Source of the DNA: a virus
Lineage: Duplodnaviria > Caudoviricetes
IMG/VR virus record: IMGVR_UViG_3300048856_000145
Location: 1-27,765 of that record
Length of the DNA: 27,765 nucleotides
Direction: 5' to 3' (one strand)
Shown one piece after another: positions 14,344 through 22,962 of the stretch (its first letter is position 1; every line of letters starts with the position of its first letter). The position numbers and the translations under genes were made by a program. Below the pieces are notes generated by a model, which saw only the letters and a program-made list of their open reading frames with translations, had not been told where the DNA came from and made no database searches.

Positions 14344-15868
14344 CAACCCGTGGGCGACGGCGAAGCCGAGATGGCTGACGCCGGTGTCGCCGGCCGAGAT
14401 GAAGCGCGGCGACGGCGACCTGTACGCGGACCTGATCGGCGCGACGTGCCGGATCACGAAGGACTCGATCGCAGGCGGCGTCGGCGAGCTGCTGCGCGTG
14501 CGCCCGTTTCAGCGCCAGCTGCTGCGCCGGGTGTTCGCGCGCCGGCAGGACGGCTACCTCAAGCACCGCACGGCCCTGATCGGGATGCCGCGCAAGAACG
14601 GCAAGTCCGAGCTCGGTGCGGGGATCGGTGTCGGCGGGCTGCTGCTCGGCCCGGCCGGCGGCGAGATTTACAGCTGCGCGGGCGACAAGGAGCAGGCCTC
14701 GATCATCTTCAAGACCGCGAAGCGGATGATCGAGATGGACCCGTACCTCTCGCAGGTCATCAAGACCTACCGCAACGTGATCGAGGTGCCGGCCACCGGC
14801 ACGACGTACCGCGCGCTGTCGGCGGAGGCCTTCACCAAGGAGGGCCTGAACCCGCACCTGGTGCTGTTCGACGAGTTGCACGTGCAGCCCAACCGCGAAC
14901 TGTGGAACGTCATGCAGCTGGCCATGGGCGCCCGTGTCGAGCCCCTCATGGTGGCGATCACGACCGCCGGCGTCCGCACCGACCGGACCGGCATGGACTC
15001 GATCTGCTACGCGCTCTACAAGCACGGCGTCGAGGTAGTGAAGGGCGCCGTCGCGGACCCGACGTTCTTCATGGCCTGGTGGGAGCCGGCGGCCGGTGTC
15101 GAGGCGCCGCATGACGACCCGCGCACCTGGCGCGAGGCGAACCCCGCGTTCGACGACCTGGTCGCCGCGGCGGACTTCGCCTCGGTGGTGCACCGCACCG
15201 AGCAGAACGAGTTCCGGATCAAGCGCACGAACCAGTGGGTGGCGTCCGGCAAGGTGTGGCTGCCGCACGGCGCGTGGGACGCGATCGAGGACCGCGAGCG
15301 GTACCCCGGCGGCCCGCCGGACGGCACGAAGGTCGTCGTCGGGCTGGACGGATCGCGGACCGGCGACACGACGGCGCTGATCGGCGTGACCGTCGAGGAG
15401 CGGCCGCACATCTTCACGCTCGGGATCTGGGAGCGCGACCCGTTCGACCCGAACTGGCGGGTGCCGCGCGGCGAGGTGAAGGAGACGCTGCGCGAGGCGC
15501 GGCGCCGGTGGGACCTCGTCGAGTCCCCGTGGGACGACTACCTGTGGCAGGACGCTGCGGCCGAGCTGCAGGACGAGGGCCTGCCGGTCGAGCCCTACCC
15601 GCAGACGCCCGAGCGCATGGGCAAGGCGACGCAGGGCTTCTACGAGTTCGTCACGACGAAGGCGGGCACCCACGACGGGCATCCGGTGCTGGCCCGGCAC
15701 GTTGCCGACGCCGTGCCCAAGCCGACGTCGCAGGGCTTCGCCCGGATCGTCAAGGAGTCCCCGGACTCCCCCCGCCGCATCGACGGCGCGGTCACGGCGA
15801 TCTTCACGCTCGACCGCGCCCGGTGGTGGGCGCAGCAGCCGGAGGACACCGGCACGAACTTCTGGTGA
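14336..15868 (+). CDS. terL: Terminase large subunit
   Basis: PFQ adenine-binding motif, Walker A MPRKNGKS, Walker B VLFDELH, ITTAG motif III, nuclease VGLDGS..GD and RIDGAV. Confidence 0.97.
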   Translation: MASNPWATAKPRWLTPVSPAEMKRGDGDLYADLIGATCRITKDSIAGGVGELLRVRPFQRQLLRRVFARRQDGYLKHRTALIGMPRKNGKSELGAGIGVGGLLLGPAGGEIYSCAGDKEQASIIFKTAKRMIEMDPYLSQVIKTYRNVIEVPATGTTYRALSAEAFTKEGLNPHLVLFDELHVQPNRELWNVMQLAMGARVEPLMVAITTAGVRTDRTGMDSICYALYKHGVEVVKGAVADPTFFMAWWEPAAGVEAPHDDPRTWREANPAFDDLVAAADFASVVHRTEQNEFRIKRTNQWVASGKVWLPHGAWDAIEDRERYPGGPPDGTKVVVGLDGSRTGDTTALIGVTVEERPHIFTLGIWERDPFDPNWRVPRGEVKETLREARRRWDLVESPWDDYLWQDAAAELQDEGLPVEPYPQTPERMGKATQGFYEFVTTKAGTHDGHPVLARHVADAVPKPTSQGFARIVKESPDSPRRIDGAVTAIFTLDRARWWAQQPEDTGTNFW

Positions 15869-15879
15869 GGGGAGGACCC

Positions 15880-16050
15880 GTGGCCACGATCTACTTCGCC
15901 GCCGGGCTCGTGCTCATCGCGGTGGCGGTGGGCGTCCTCGCCGGACCGTGGTGGGGCGTGCTCGCGCTCGGCGTCGAGCTGCTCGCGCTCGGCGTGCTCG
16001 AGCAGCGCGGCGCCGCCGCGGCCGCCGCGACGACGGAGCCGGCACCGTGA
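15880..16050 (+). CDS. Small two-TM membrane protein between terL and portal
   Basis: GGAGG RBS with GTG start; two hydrophobic helices; GTGA overlap with portal. Confidence 0.75.
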   Translation: MATIYFAAGLVLIAVAVGVLAGPWWGVLALGVELLALGVLEQRGAAAAAATTEPAP

Positions 16051-17291
16051 GGGCCGCGCTGCGTGCCCTGGCCGGCATGACCACCCGCTCGCTGGAGAAC
16101 CCGGCCCAGCCGCTGCGGGCCGGCTCGGCGATCAGCTCCGCCTCGGAGCTATGGACGGGAGCAGGCAGCTCGGGCGACCCGATGCGCATCGGCGCCGGCC
16201 TGCGCTGCGTGATGATCCTGGCCTCGGGCGTCGCTGGCTGCCCGCTGAACGTCACCAAGCGCGACAACCGCGACGAGGTGCACATCCCAGCGCTCGAGCA
16301 GCGGGTGTCCGGCGGGATCACCACGCCGTTCGAGATGTGGGAAACCGTGGTGGCCCACCTGGCCACCCGCGGCAACGCCTACGTGCGCAAGGTGCGCACC
16401 CGCGACGGCCGCCTCGCCTCGCTGGTGCCGATCCACCCGGACCGCGTCAAGGTGACCGTCGAGGACGGCAGCCTGGTGGGCCTGCCCTGGGTCAAGAAGT
16501 TCGTCGTCGACGGCAGGCAAGACAACCCGTTCACGACGCACGAGATCATGCACATCCCCGGCCTGTCGATGGACGGCATCACCGGGATCAGCGTGATCGA
16601 GAACCTGCGCCGCACGTTCGAGCTGGCCGGCGACGCCGAGCGCGTCGCCGCGAAGATGTACGAGCACGGCATGCTGCAGGACACCGTCGTGACGGTGAAG
16701 GACCGCCTCGACGAGGAGAAGGCCAGCATCCTGCGGGCCCGCTGGCGGGCCAAGATCGGCGGCGTCGAGAACGCCTACGACCCGCTGATCCTCGACAACG
16801 ACGCCAAGGTCGAGAAGCTCACGCTCACCCCGGCCGACGCGCAGTTCCTCGAGACGCGGAAGTTCTCCACCTCGGAGATCGCGCGGATCTTCGGGCTGCC
16901 CGGCTGGATCATCAACGACCAGGAGAAGTCGACGTCGTGGGGCTCCGGCATGGAGCAGCAGCTACGCACGTTCGTGACCTTCTCCCTGCGGCCGTACTTC
17001 CAGCGCATCGAACAGCGCGTCACCCGCGAGATTTGCGACCCCGAGACAGAGAAGGCCGAGTTCAAGATCGAGGGCCTGCTGCGCGGCGACTCCGCCGCCC
17101 GGGCCGCCTTCTACAGCTCCGGCATCACCAACGGGTGGATGGTGCCCAACGACGTGCGCGACCTCGAGGACATGCCGCACGTCCCCTGGGGTGACGAGCC
17201 GTACCGCCCGTACAACGAGTCGGCCGCCGCCCAGGCGGCCGGCACCGACGACGCCACCACGGGAGGCCAAGATGACGACGACGCTGAGTGA
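16047..17291 (+). CDS. Portal protein, HK97 family
   Basis: GNAY, LVPIHPDRV, EIMHI...DGITGIS, DAQFLETRKF..EIARIFGLP, GWMVPNDVRDLEDM. Confidence 0.96.
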   Translation: MRAALRALAGMTTRSLENPAQPLRAGSAISSASELWTGAGSSGDPMRIGAGLRCVMILASGVAGCPLNVTKRDNRDEVHIPALEQRVSGGITTPFEMWETVVAHLATRGNAYVRKVRTRDGRLASLVPIHPDRVKVTVEDGSLVGLPWVKKFVVDGRQDNPFTTHEIMHIPGLSMDGITGISVIENLRRTFELAGDAERVAAKMYEHGMLQDTVVTVKDRLDEEKASILRARWRAKIGGVENAYDPLILDNDAKVEKLTLTPADAQFLETRKFSTSEIARIFGLPGWIINDQEKSTSWGSGMEQQLRTFVTFSLRPYFQRIEQRVTREICDPETEKAEFKIEGLLRGDSAARAAFYSSGITNGWMVPNDVRDLEDMPHVPWGDEPYRPYNESAAAQAAGTDDATTGGQDDDDAE

Positions 17292-18072
17292 GCCCGTGCG
17301 GGCCGCCGGGCTGTCCAACGTCCTGGAGTGCCGCACTCGGGCGCTCGCAGCCGCTGCGCCCCGCGTGGTGCGCGCCGAGGGTGACGAGGAGCCCCGGTTC
17401 GTGGGGCACGCCGCGGTGTTCGACTCGCGCACGGCGATCGGGGACCCGTTCCGCTGGGGCTGGTACGAGGAGATCGCCAGCACGGCGTTCGACAAGACGC
17501 TGGCCGAGGGCGACGCGCGGTTCCTGATCGACCACGACACGTCGCTGCTCGTGGCGCGCGTGTCGGCCGGCGACCTGCGGCTGTCGACGGACGACGTCGG
17601 CCTGCTGACGGACGCCGACCTCGACACCGAGCTGTCCTACGTCCGCGACCTGGTGCGCAACCTCGAGAAGCGCCGCATCACCGGCATGAGCTTCGGCTTC
17701 TACGTCGTGCGCGACACCTGGTCGACCGAGGACGTCGAGATCGAGGTCGACGGCAAGACCCAGAGCGTCTCGGTCGACGTCCGCCGCATCGAGGAGGTCC
17801 GCCTCCTCGAGGTGTCCGCCGTGACCTTCCCGGCCTACGACGACACCGACGCGGGCCTGCGCGCCGACGTCGCGGACGAGATCCGCTCCGCGCGCGGCGT
17901 GCCGACCCGCCCCACCACTTCCCCGGCCCCGGCCGGGGACCGCCCCGCGCCGGCCACCGAGGCCACCCGGGACGACGACACCGACCCCGCGCCGGCAGAC
18001 GCCACCCGGGGTTTCGACTGGCGGCTCGCGCAGGATCGCGCCGCCGCCCTGCAGGCCCGCTACCGGCTCTGA
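17272..18072 (+). CDS. Prohead (capsid maturation) protease, HK97 family
   Basis: GGAGG RBS; FVGHAAVFD, FLIDHD, GMSFGF, LLEVSAVTFPAY. Confidence 0.95.
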   Translation: MTTTLSEPVRAAGLSNVLECRTRALAAAAPRVVRAEGDEEPRFVGHAAVFDSRTAIGDPFRWGWYEEIASTAFDKTLAEGDARFLIDHDTSLLVARVSAGDLRLSTDDVGLLTDADLDTELSYVRDLVRNLEKRRITGMSFGFYVVRDTWSTEDVEIEVDGKTQSVSVDVRRIEEVRLLEVSAVTFPAYDDTDAGLRADVADEIRSARGVPTRPTTSPAPAGDRPAPATEATRDDDTDPAPADATRGFDWRLAQDRAAALQARYRL

Positions 18073-18093
18073 CCGGCAGCACCGAAACCCCAC

Positions 18094-18126
18094 GGCCCGA
18101 CCGGATCCCCGGCGGGCCTTCTTCAT
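18094..18126 (+). terminator. Bulged hairpin followed by TTCTTCAT upstream of the capsid RBS
   Basis: GGCCCG-A-CCGG-ATCC-CCGG-CGGGCC-TTCTTCAT. Confidence 0.5.
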
Positions 18127-18141
18127 GCCCAGGAGGCAACC

Positions 18142-19392
18142 ATGAACGCGCGTCTGCGCAAGCTGCTCGAGGACCGCGCCGCGGCGTGGTCCCAGGTCCA
18201 GGACATCCAGTCCCGCCGGGAGCGGGACGGCTACGAGTCCACCCAGGAGGACGGGGAGACCTACACCCGCGCCCTCGACGACGTCGACCGGCTCTCGCGG
18301 GAGATCGAGAACGAGGAGCGCGCCGAGCGCCTCCGCGGCGTGATGGACACCCCGGCCCCCGGCCAGGGCGACACCAACCCGCGCGGCGACCAGGAGGGCC
18401 GCGACGCCGGCGCCGAATACCAGGCGGCCTTCGCCGGCTTCCTGCGCCACGGCATGGCCGGTCTCGACCGCGACCAGCTGCAGCTGATGCAGCGCGGTCT
18501 GGTCAACGACCCGGAGATCCGCGCCGGCGCCACGGCCCCGGGCACCGCCGGCGGCTACACCGTCCCGCAGGGCTTCCTCAACCGCATGGTCGAGACGATG
18601 AAGTCCTACGGCGGCATCTTCGGCCTGGCCGAGGTCATGACCACCGACTCGGGCAACCCGCTGTCCTGGCCGTCGAACGACGACACGGGCAACGAGGCGG
18701 TCATTGTCGGGGAGAACACCCAGGTCGGCGAGCAGGACTTCGTGTTCGGCAACGTCGACCTCGGCGCGTACATGTACACCACGAAGATGGTGCGCCTGTC
18801 CTTCCAGCTGCTGCAGGACTCGGCGTTCGACCTCGAGGCGTTCGTGTCGCGCAAGTTCGGTGAGCGCCTGGGGCGCGGCGCCTCGCGCCATTTCGCCACC
18901 GGCACCGGGACGGGCCAGCCGCAGGGCATCACCCAGGCGACGAACGTCCGCCACCTCGCCGCGGCGACGCTCGGCTACGACGACTTTGTCGACCTCGAGC
19001 ACTCGATCGACCCGGCGTACCGCGCCCGAGCGCAGTACGTCCTGCACGACGACGTTGTGCGGGCCGCGCGCAAGCTCAAGGACGCCAACCGCAACCCCCT
19101 GTGGGCGCCCGCGATGGCCGGGGGCATCCCGTCGACGATCAACGGCCGGCCCTACACCGTCGACAACTCGCTCCCGGCGCTCGCGGCCGGGTCGCGCTCG
19201 GTGGTCTACGGCGACATCCGCGCCGGCTACATCATCCGCGTCGTCAACGGCGCCCAGACGCTGCGCCTGACCGAGCGCTACGCGGACTACCTGCAGGTCG
19301 GCTTCCTCGGCTTCCAGCGCCTGGACGGCAAGGTCCAGGACAACGGCGCCCTCGCCGTCCTGGAGAACGCCACCGCCCCGGCCGAGGGCTGA
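18142..19392 (+). CDS. Major capsid protein, HK97 fold
   Basis: AGGAGG RBS; N-terminal coiled-coil delta domain; GGYTVP, LSFQLLQDS, GTGTGQPQGI, LKDAN.NPLW, GFQRLDG. Confidence 0.97.
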   Translation: MNARLRKLLEDRAAAWSQVQDIQSRRERDGYESTQEDGETYTRALDDVDRLSREIENEERAERLRGVMDTPAPGQGDTNPRGDQEGRDAGAEYQAAFAGFLRHGMAGLDRDQLQLMQRGLVNDPEIRAGATAPGTAGGYTVPQGFLNRMVETMKSYGGIFGLAEVMTTDSGNPLSWPSNDDTGNEAVIVGENTQVGEQDFVFGNVDLGAYMYTTKMVRLSFQLLQDSAFDLEAFVSRKFGERLGRGASRHFATGTGTGQPQGITQATNVRHLAAATLGYDDFVDLEHSIDPAYRARAQYVLHDDVVRAARKLKDANRNPLWAPAMAGGIPSTINGRPYTVDNSLPALAAGSRSVVYGDIRAGYIIRVVNGAQTLRLTERYADYLQVGFLGFQRLDGKVQDNGALAVLENATAPAEG

Positions 19393-19410
19393 CCGGTCGG
19401 CTGAGACGCC

Positions 19411-19445
19411 CCTGGGGCGGTGAGCCATGAGCTCGCCGCCCCGGG
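19411..19445 (+). terminator. Strong hairpin downstream of the capsid gene (terminator or mRNA stabiliser)
   Basis: CCTGGGGCGGTGAGC-CATGA-GCTCGCCGCCCCGGG; 15-bp stem including two G-U pairs; no U-tract. Confidence 0.6.
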
Positions 19446-19488
19446 TGCACCACCCACCCGCACGCACCAGCACGGAAGGGAGCCCGTC

Positions 19489-19701
19489 ATGGCCACCACC
19501 ACGGGCAAGACCAGCAAGGCCACCAGCACCACACCGGCCAAGGAGATCCAGACCCCCGAGGCGCAGCGCGACGTCGTCGCCGCGATCTCCGTGCGCGCCG
19601 ACGGCAAGCCGGACCAGACCCCCGGCTACGTCGTGATCGGCGACGAGGCCGCGGCCAAGGTCGACGACGACGCCCGCGCCGAGGGCAAGACGCAGGACTG
19701 A
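19489..19701 (+). CDS. Small hypothetical virion-region protein
   Basis: GGAAGGGAG RBS with ATG 19489; 70 aa. Confidence 0.78.
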   Translation: MATTTGKTSKATSTTPAKEIQTPEAQRDVVAAISVRADGKPDQTPGYVVIGDEAAAKVDDDARAEGKTQD

Positions 19702-19705
19702 CGCC

Positions 19706-20272
19706 ATGACCGAGCCCACCCCGCCCACCGAGGGCGACGACTGGTTCGTCACGCCGTCCGACCTCGGCAGGTGGATGGGCGGCGTCGCCGTCGACGACAA
19801 GCTGCACGAGGCGCTCGGCGCCGCGCTCGAGTGGACCGCCGAGCAGATCGGCCCCCTCGACAACGTCGCGCGGCCCTACTCGGTGTGGCCGTCCGGCAGG
19901 CACCTGGTCCTGCCGGACGACCACATCGAGGAGGTCGTCTCGATCACCGACCCCTACGGCGTCGTCACCGACGTCCCGCCGCAGCGGATCAACCTCCTGG
20001 CCGGGGTCATCGAGCTCAACACCGCCGGCGCGCTGCGCTCCGGCCCCTGGACGGTGGTCGCCAAGACCCGCAAGCACCACCACTCCGTGGCGCTCGCGGT
20101 CAAGATCATCGCCTCGCACCTGTACGAGGTGCACCGCGGCCGCGCGGTCAACTCCGCGACGCAGGCCGTCATGGGCGGCGTGACCCCCGTGGGCGATCCC
20201 GACGGGGCCCCGAAGGGGTTCGCGATCCCGCGGCGGGCTGCCGAGCTGCTCGCCCCGTTCCTGCGCGTGTAG
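19706..20272 (+). CDS. Head-to-tail adaptor/connector
   Basis: FVTPSDL...ALGAALEW...VALAVKIIASHLY...IPRRAAELLAPF; position after capsid. Confidence 0.8.
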   Translation: MTEPTPPTEGDDWFVTPSDLGRWMGGVAVDDKLHEALGAALEWTAEQIGPLDNVARPYSVWPSGRHLVLPDDHIEEVVSITDPYGVVTDVPPQRINLLAGVIELNTAGALRSGPWTVVAKTRKHHHSVALAVKIIASHLYEVHRGRAVNSATQAVMGGVTPVGDPDGAPKGFAIPRRAAELLAPFLRV

Positions 20273-20281
20273 GAGGTGCCG

Positions 20282-20731
20282 ATGCCCAGGCTCACCCGCA
20301 TCTCCGCCGTCGTCGATCGCCTCGTCACGCTGTGCGGCGAGGCGACCGGCCTACAGGTCGTCGACGGGCCCTTCGTCGGTGAGCTCGCGGACGACACGCT
20401 CCTGCTGGGCATCCCGGACGGCAACACCCCGGGCTACCGCACCACCGTCACCCGGCAGGAGGGCCTCGGCCGGCCCCGGCTCGTCGAGGCGTGGGAGGTG
20501 CACTGCCTGCTCTCGCTGGCCTCGGCCGCCGAGACGATCCCCCAGCTGCGCGCCCGGGCGTCGAGCCTCCTCGGCTCGCTCGACGACACGCTGCGCGCCG
20601 ACGTCCGCTCCGACGGCGTGTGGGACCGCGCCGGCTTCGGCAACAGCGACATGTCGTGGATCCCGCTGCAAGGCCCCACGGGCGCCACGCTCGCGGTGCT
20701 CTTCTCCCTCGAGGGCGAGTCGCTGCTGTGA
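20282..20731 (+). CDS. Neck/tail terminator-like protein
   Basis: AGGAGG 5 nt upstream of ATG 20282; VVDGP, LDDTLRAD; position in the neck module. Confidence 0.6.
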   Translation: MPRLTRISAVVDRLVTLCGEATGLQVVDGPFVGELADDTLLLGIPDGNTPGYRTTVTRQEGLGRPRLVEAWEVHCLLSLASAAETIPQLRARASSLLGSLDDTLRADVRSDGVWDRAGFGNSDMSWIPLQGPTGATLAVLFSLEGESLL

Positions 20732-21156
20732 GCGACGAGGTGCTCGACCTCTCGGAGGTCCGCAGCCTTGCCCGGCGGTTGGCGACCATCCCGAAGGAGT
20801 TCCGCGGCGAGACCCGCAAGGCGATCCGCACCGTCGGCCAGGAGATGCTGCGCGACGGCCAGCGCAACGCCGCGTGGTCCTCGCGGATCCCCGGCTCGAT
20901 GACCATGCGCGTCAGCTTCGCCGGCCGCCGCCCGGGCGTCTCCGTGCGCGCCTCGCTCAAGAGCGCCCCGCACGCACGCGTCTACGAGGGCATCCTCGGC
21001 GACACCTTCCGCCACCCCCTCTACGGCCGGGACGTCTGGTTCTCCCAGCAGGCCCGCCCGTACCTGCTGCCCGCCGTCCAGGCGGCCAACGAAGCCCTCG
21101 TCGAGGACATCACCCGCATCGTCGACGAGATCCACCGCAAGGCGGGACTGCTCTGA
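20728..21156 (+). CDS. HK97 gp10-like tail completion protein
   Basis: GTGA overlap; APHARVYEG...QQARPYLLPAV. Confidence 0.75.
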   Translation: MSDEVLDLSEVRSLARRLATIPKEFRGETRKAIRTVGQEMLRDGQRNAAWSSRIPGSMTMRVSFAGRRPGVSVRASLKSAPHARVYEGILGDTFRHPLYGRDVWFSQQARPYLLPAVQAANEALVEDITRIVDEIHRKAGLL

Positions 21157-21172
21157 CCGAAAGGAGACGGCC

Positions 21173-21568
21173 ATGAGCCGCCAGCTCGTCGAGATCTACC
21201 ACCCCAAGACCAAGGCCACGTCCACCGTCGACGCCCGCAGCGTCGACATCTGGAAGCGGTCCGGCTGGACCACCGACGTCCCGAAGGACGCGCACGACGG
21301 CACCACGAACGTGCTGGGCGACGGTGCGACCGTGGCCGGGACCGACCTGCCGGGCGAGGACGCCTCGGTGAACGACCTGCGGGAGTTCGCCAAGGCGCAC
21401 GACGTGGACCTCGCCGGCGCCCGCGACAAGGCCGGCATCCGTGCCGCGATCGACACGTGGGCGGCCGAGCTGCCCACCGCCAAGGCCGCGCCCGTCGACG
21501 GCGACGACACGTTCGTCCCGCCGAGCGAGACCCAGGAGCCGTCGGCGCCCGCCACGGCTACCTCCTGA
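21173..21568 (+). CDS. Hypothetical protein with a short HeH/Rho-N-like helical motif
   Basis: AAGGAG RBS; SVNDLREFAKAHDVDLAGARDKAGIRAAI. Confidence 0.7.
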   Translation: MSRQLVEIYHPKTKATSTVDARSVDIWKRSGWTTDVPKDAHDGTTNVLGDGATVAGTDLPGEDASVNDLREFAKAHDVDLAGARDKAGIRAAIDTWAAELPTAKAAPVDGDDTFVPPSETQEPSAPATATS

Positions 21569-21623
21569 CCCCGGCTGAGCCGGACCCCCAACCCGCCGTC
21601 CAGCCCAGCGAGAGGACACCACC

Positions 21624-22118
21624 ATGACGGCTCTGCCCACGACCGAGCGGTTCTTCGCACCGGAGATCAGCAAGGCCTTCTTCGCCACCGCGCTCGCCGA
21701 CCCCGAGGCGTACACCCGCGCCGAGGTCGACGCCTCGACCGACCTGACCGACGAGATCGCCGACCTCGCCGGGTGGAACGTCACCTCCGCCATGATCGCG
21801 ACGCCCGACCTCGGCTCGCGGTTCAACAAGCAGATCGGCGGCCGCACCTCGGCCGACGCCTCCACGATCACGTTCTACGCCTCGCGCAACGGCGACGACG
21901 TCCGCAAGGTGCTCCCCCGCGGCACCCGCGGCTACGTCATCTTCATGGACGGCGGCGACGTGCCCGCCCAGCCCTCCGACGTCTTCCACGTCGAGGTCAC
22001 CTCGGTCGGCAAGGTGCGCACCGTCGGCGACTCGGCGTTCCAGATCACGATCAGCTTCGCGATCCTCAACGCGCCCGCCGAGGACGTCGCGATCCCGGCT
22101 GCCGCGGCTGGTGCCTGA
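21624..22118 (+). CDS. Major tail (tube) protein
   Basis: GAGGA RBS; TRAEVDASTDLT.EI..L.GW...TPDLGSRF...IGGRT; position before chaperone and TMP. Confidence 0.85.
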   Translation: MTALPTTERFFAPEISKAFFATALADPEAYTRAEVDASTDLTDEIADLAGWNVTSAMIATPDLGSRFNKQIGGRTSADASTITFYASRNGDDVRKVLPRGTRGYVIFMDGGDVPAQPSDVFHVEVTSVGKVRTVGDSAFQITISFAILNAPAEDVAIPAAAAGA

Positions 22119-22617
22119 CGTGGGGCTCAGGGACCGCCTCGCGGCAAAGAAGCGCCGCACCCTCACCGTGCCGGTCCAGGTCTCCTCGGAGGACCCTGGG
22201 CCGGCACGGGAGGACTACGCCCGGGCGCAGCGGATGCTCGACATCACACAGGCGTTCAAGCCCGCCGCCGAGGAGCAGGAGGCGCACGACCGGCGCCTCG
22301 CCGCCGCCCAGCAGAAGCGCGACGAGGCGCTCGCGGTGTTCCGCGAGCACTACGTCGAGGTCGAGTTCGTCGCCGGCCCGCCCGAGGACGTTGAGCGGAT
22401 CCTCGAGACGCACGCGACGAAGGACGGCGCCTACGCCATCGAGTCGCTGCCCGAGCTCGCGGCGCTGTGCGTCGTCGAGGAGGACCTGCGCGACCCACAG
22501 TGGTGGGCCGCACAGTTCACCAGCGGCGCATGGGCCAAGGGCGAGCGCGACGGGCTGTGGCTCGACCTGCTCAAGCTCAACACCAACGCCCCGCCGGAGC
22601 ACCTCCCAAAAGACTGA
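22111..22617 (+). CDS. Tail assembly chaperone (gpG-like)
   Basis: Between tail tube and TMP; ends at slippery site CTC CCA AAA GAC TGA. Confidence 0.85.
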   Translation: MPDVGLRDRLAAKKRRTLTVPVQVSSEDPGPAREDYARAQRMLDITQAFKPAAEEQEAHDRRLAAAQQKRDEALAVFREHYVEVEFVAGPPEDVERILETHATKDGAYAIESLPELAALCVVEEDLRDPQWWAAQFTSGAWAKGERDGLWLDLLKLNTNAPPEHLPKD

Positions 22618-22943
22618 GCCGTGACGGGCTCTACGCGGCCCGCATGGCCTACTGCGGGCCGCGTGGGATCCCGCTGAGCACGTTCCTCGGCTGGGACCAA
22701 GCCGACCAGGACGCCGCCCTCGCCTGGCAGCAGTACGAGGCGTCGCGGTGCCCGAAGTGCGGCACCCACCCCGAGGAGGGACGCCGGCACTTCCACGTCG
22801 ACGTCTGTCCAACCTGCGTCGACCTGGAGAAGGTCAGCGCATCCGAGGACGCCAAGGTCCGCGGCGCCCACGTCTCCCCCGCGCACGGCTCGCGCGGGGA
22901 GTGCCCGCGCTGCCTCGCCGAGGTGCAAGCCAACGCCGTCTGA
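22605..22943 (+). CDS. Tail assembly chaperone -1 frameshift extension (gpT-like; fusion 22111-22943)
   Basis: CCCAAAA at 22605-22611; -1 frame open to TGA 22943 (RLSRDGLYAARMAYC...WDQADQDAALAW...CPKCG). Confidence 0.82.
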   Translation, partial: PKRLSRDGLYAARMAYCGPRGIPLSTFLGWDQADQDAALAWQQYEASRCPKCGTHPEEGRRHFHVDVCPTCVDLEKVSASEDAKVRGAHVSPAHGSRGECPRCLAEVQANAV

Positions 22944-22962
22944 CGACCCGAGGGGGTGACCC

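Noticed and set aside
17125-19863. 912-aa minus-strand ORF and other long antisense ORFs (4068-5285, 6997-8226, 8572-9831, 14300-15700, 22431-23789, 24592-26046)
   Set aside because: Shadows of GC3-biased plus-strand genes, where stops are rare; they fully overlap well-supported genes and show no motifs
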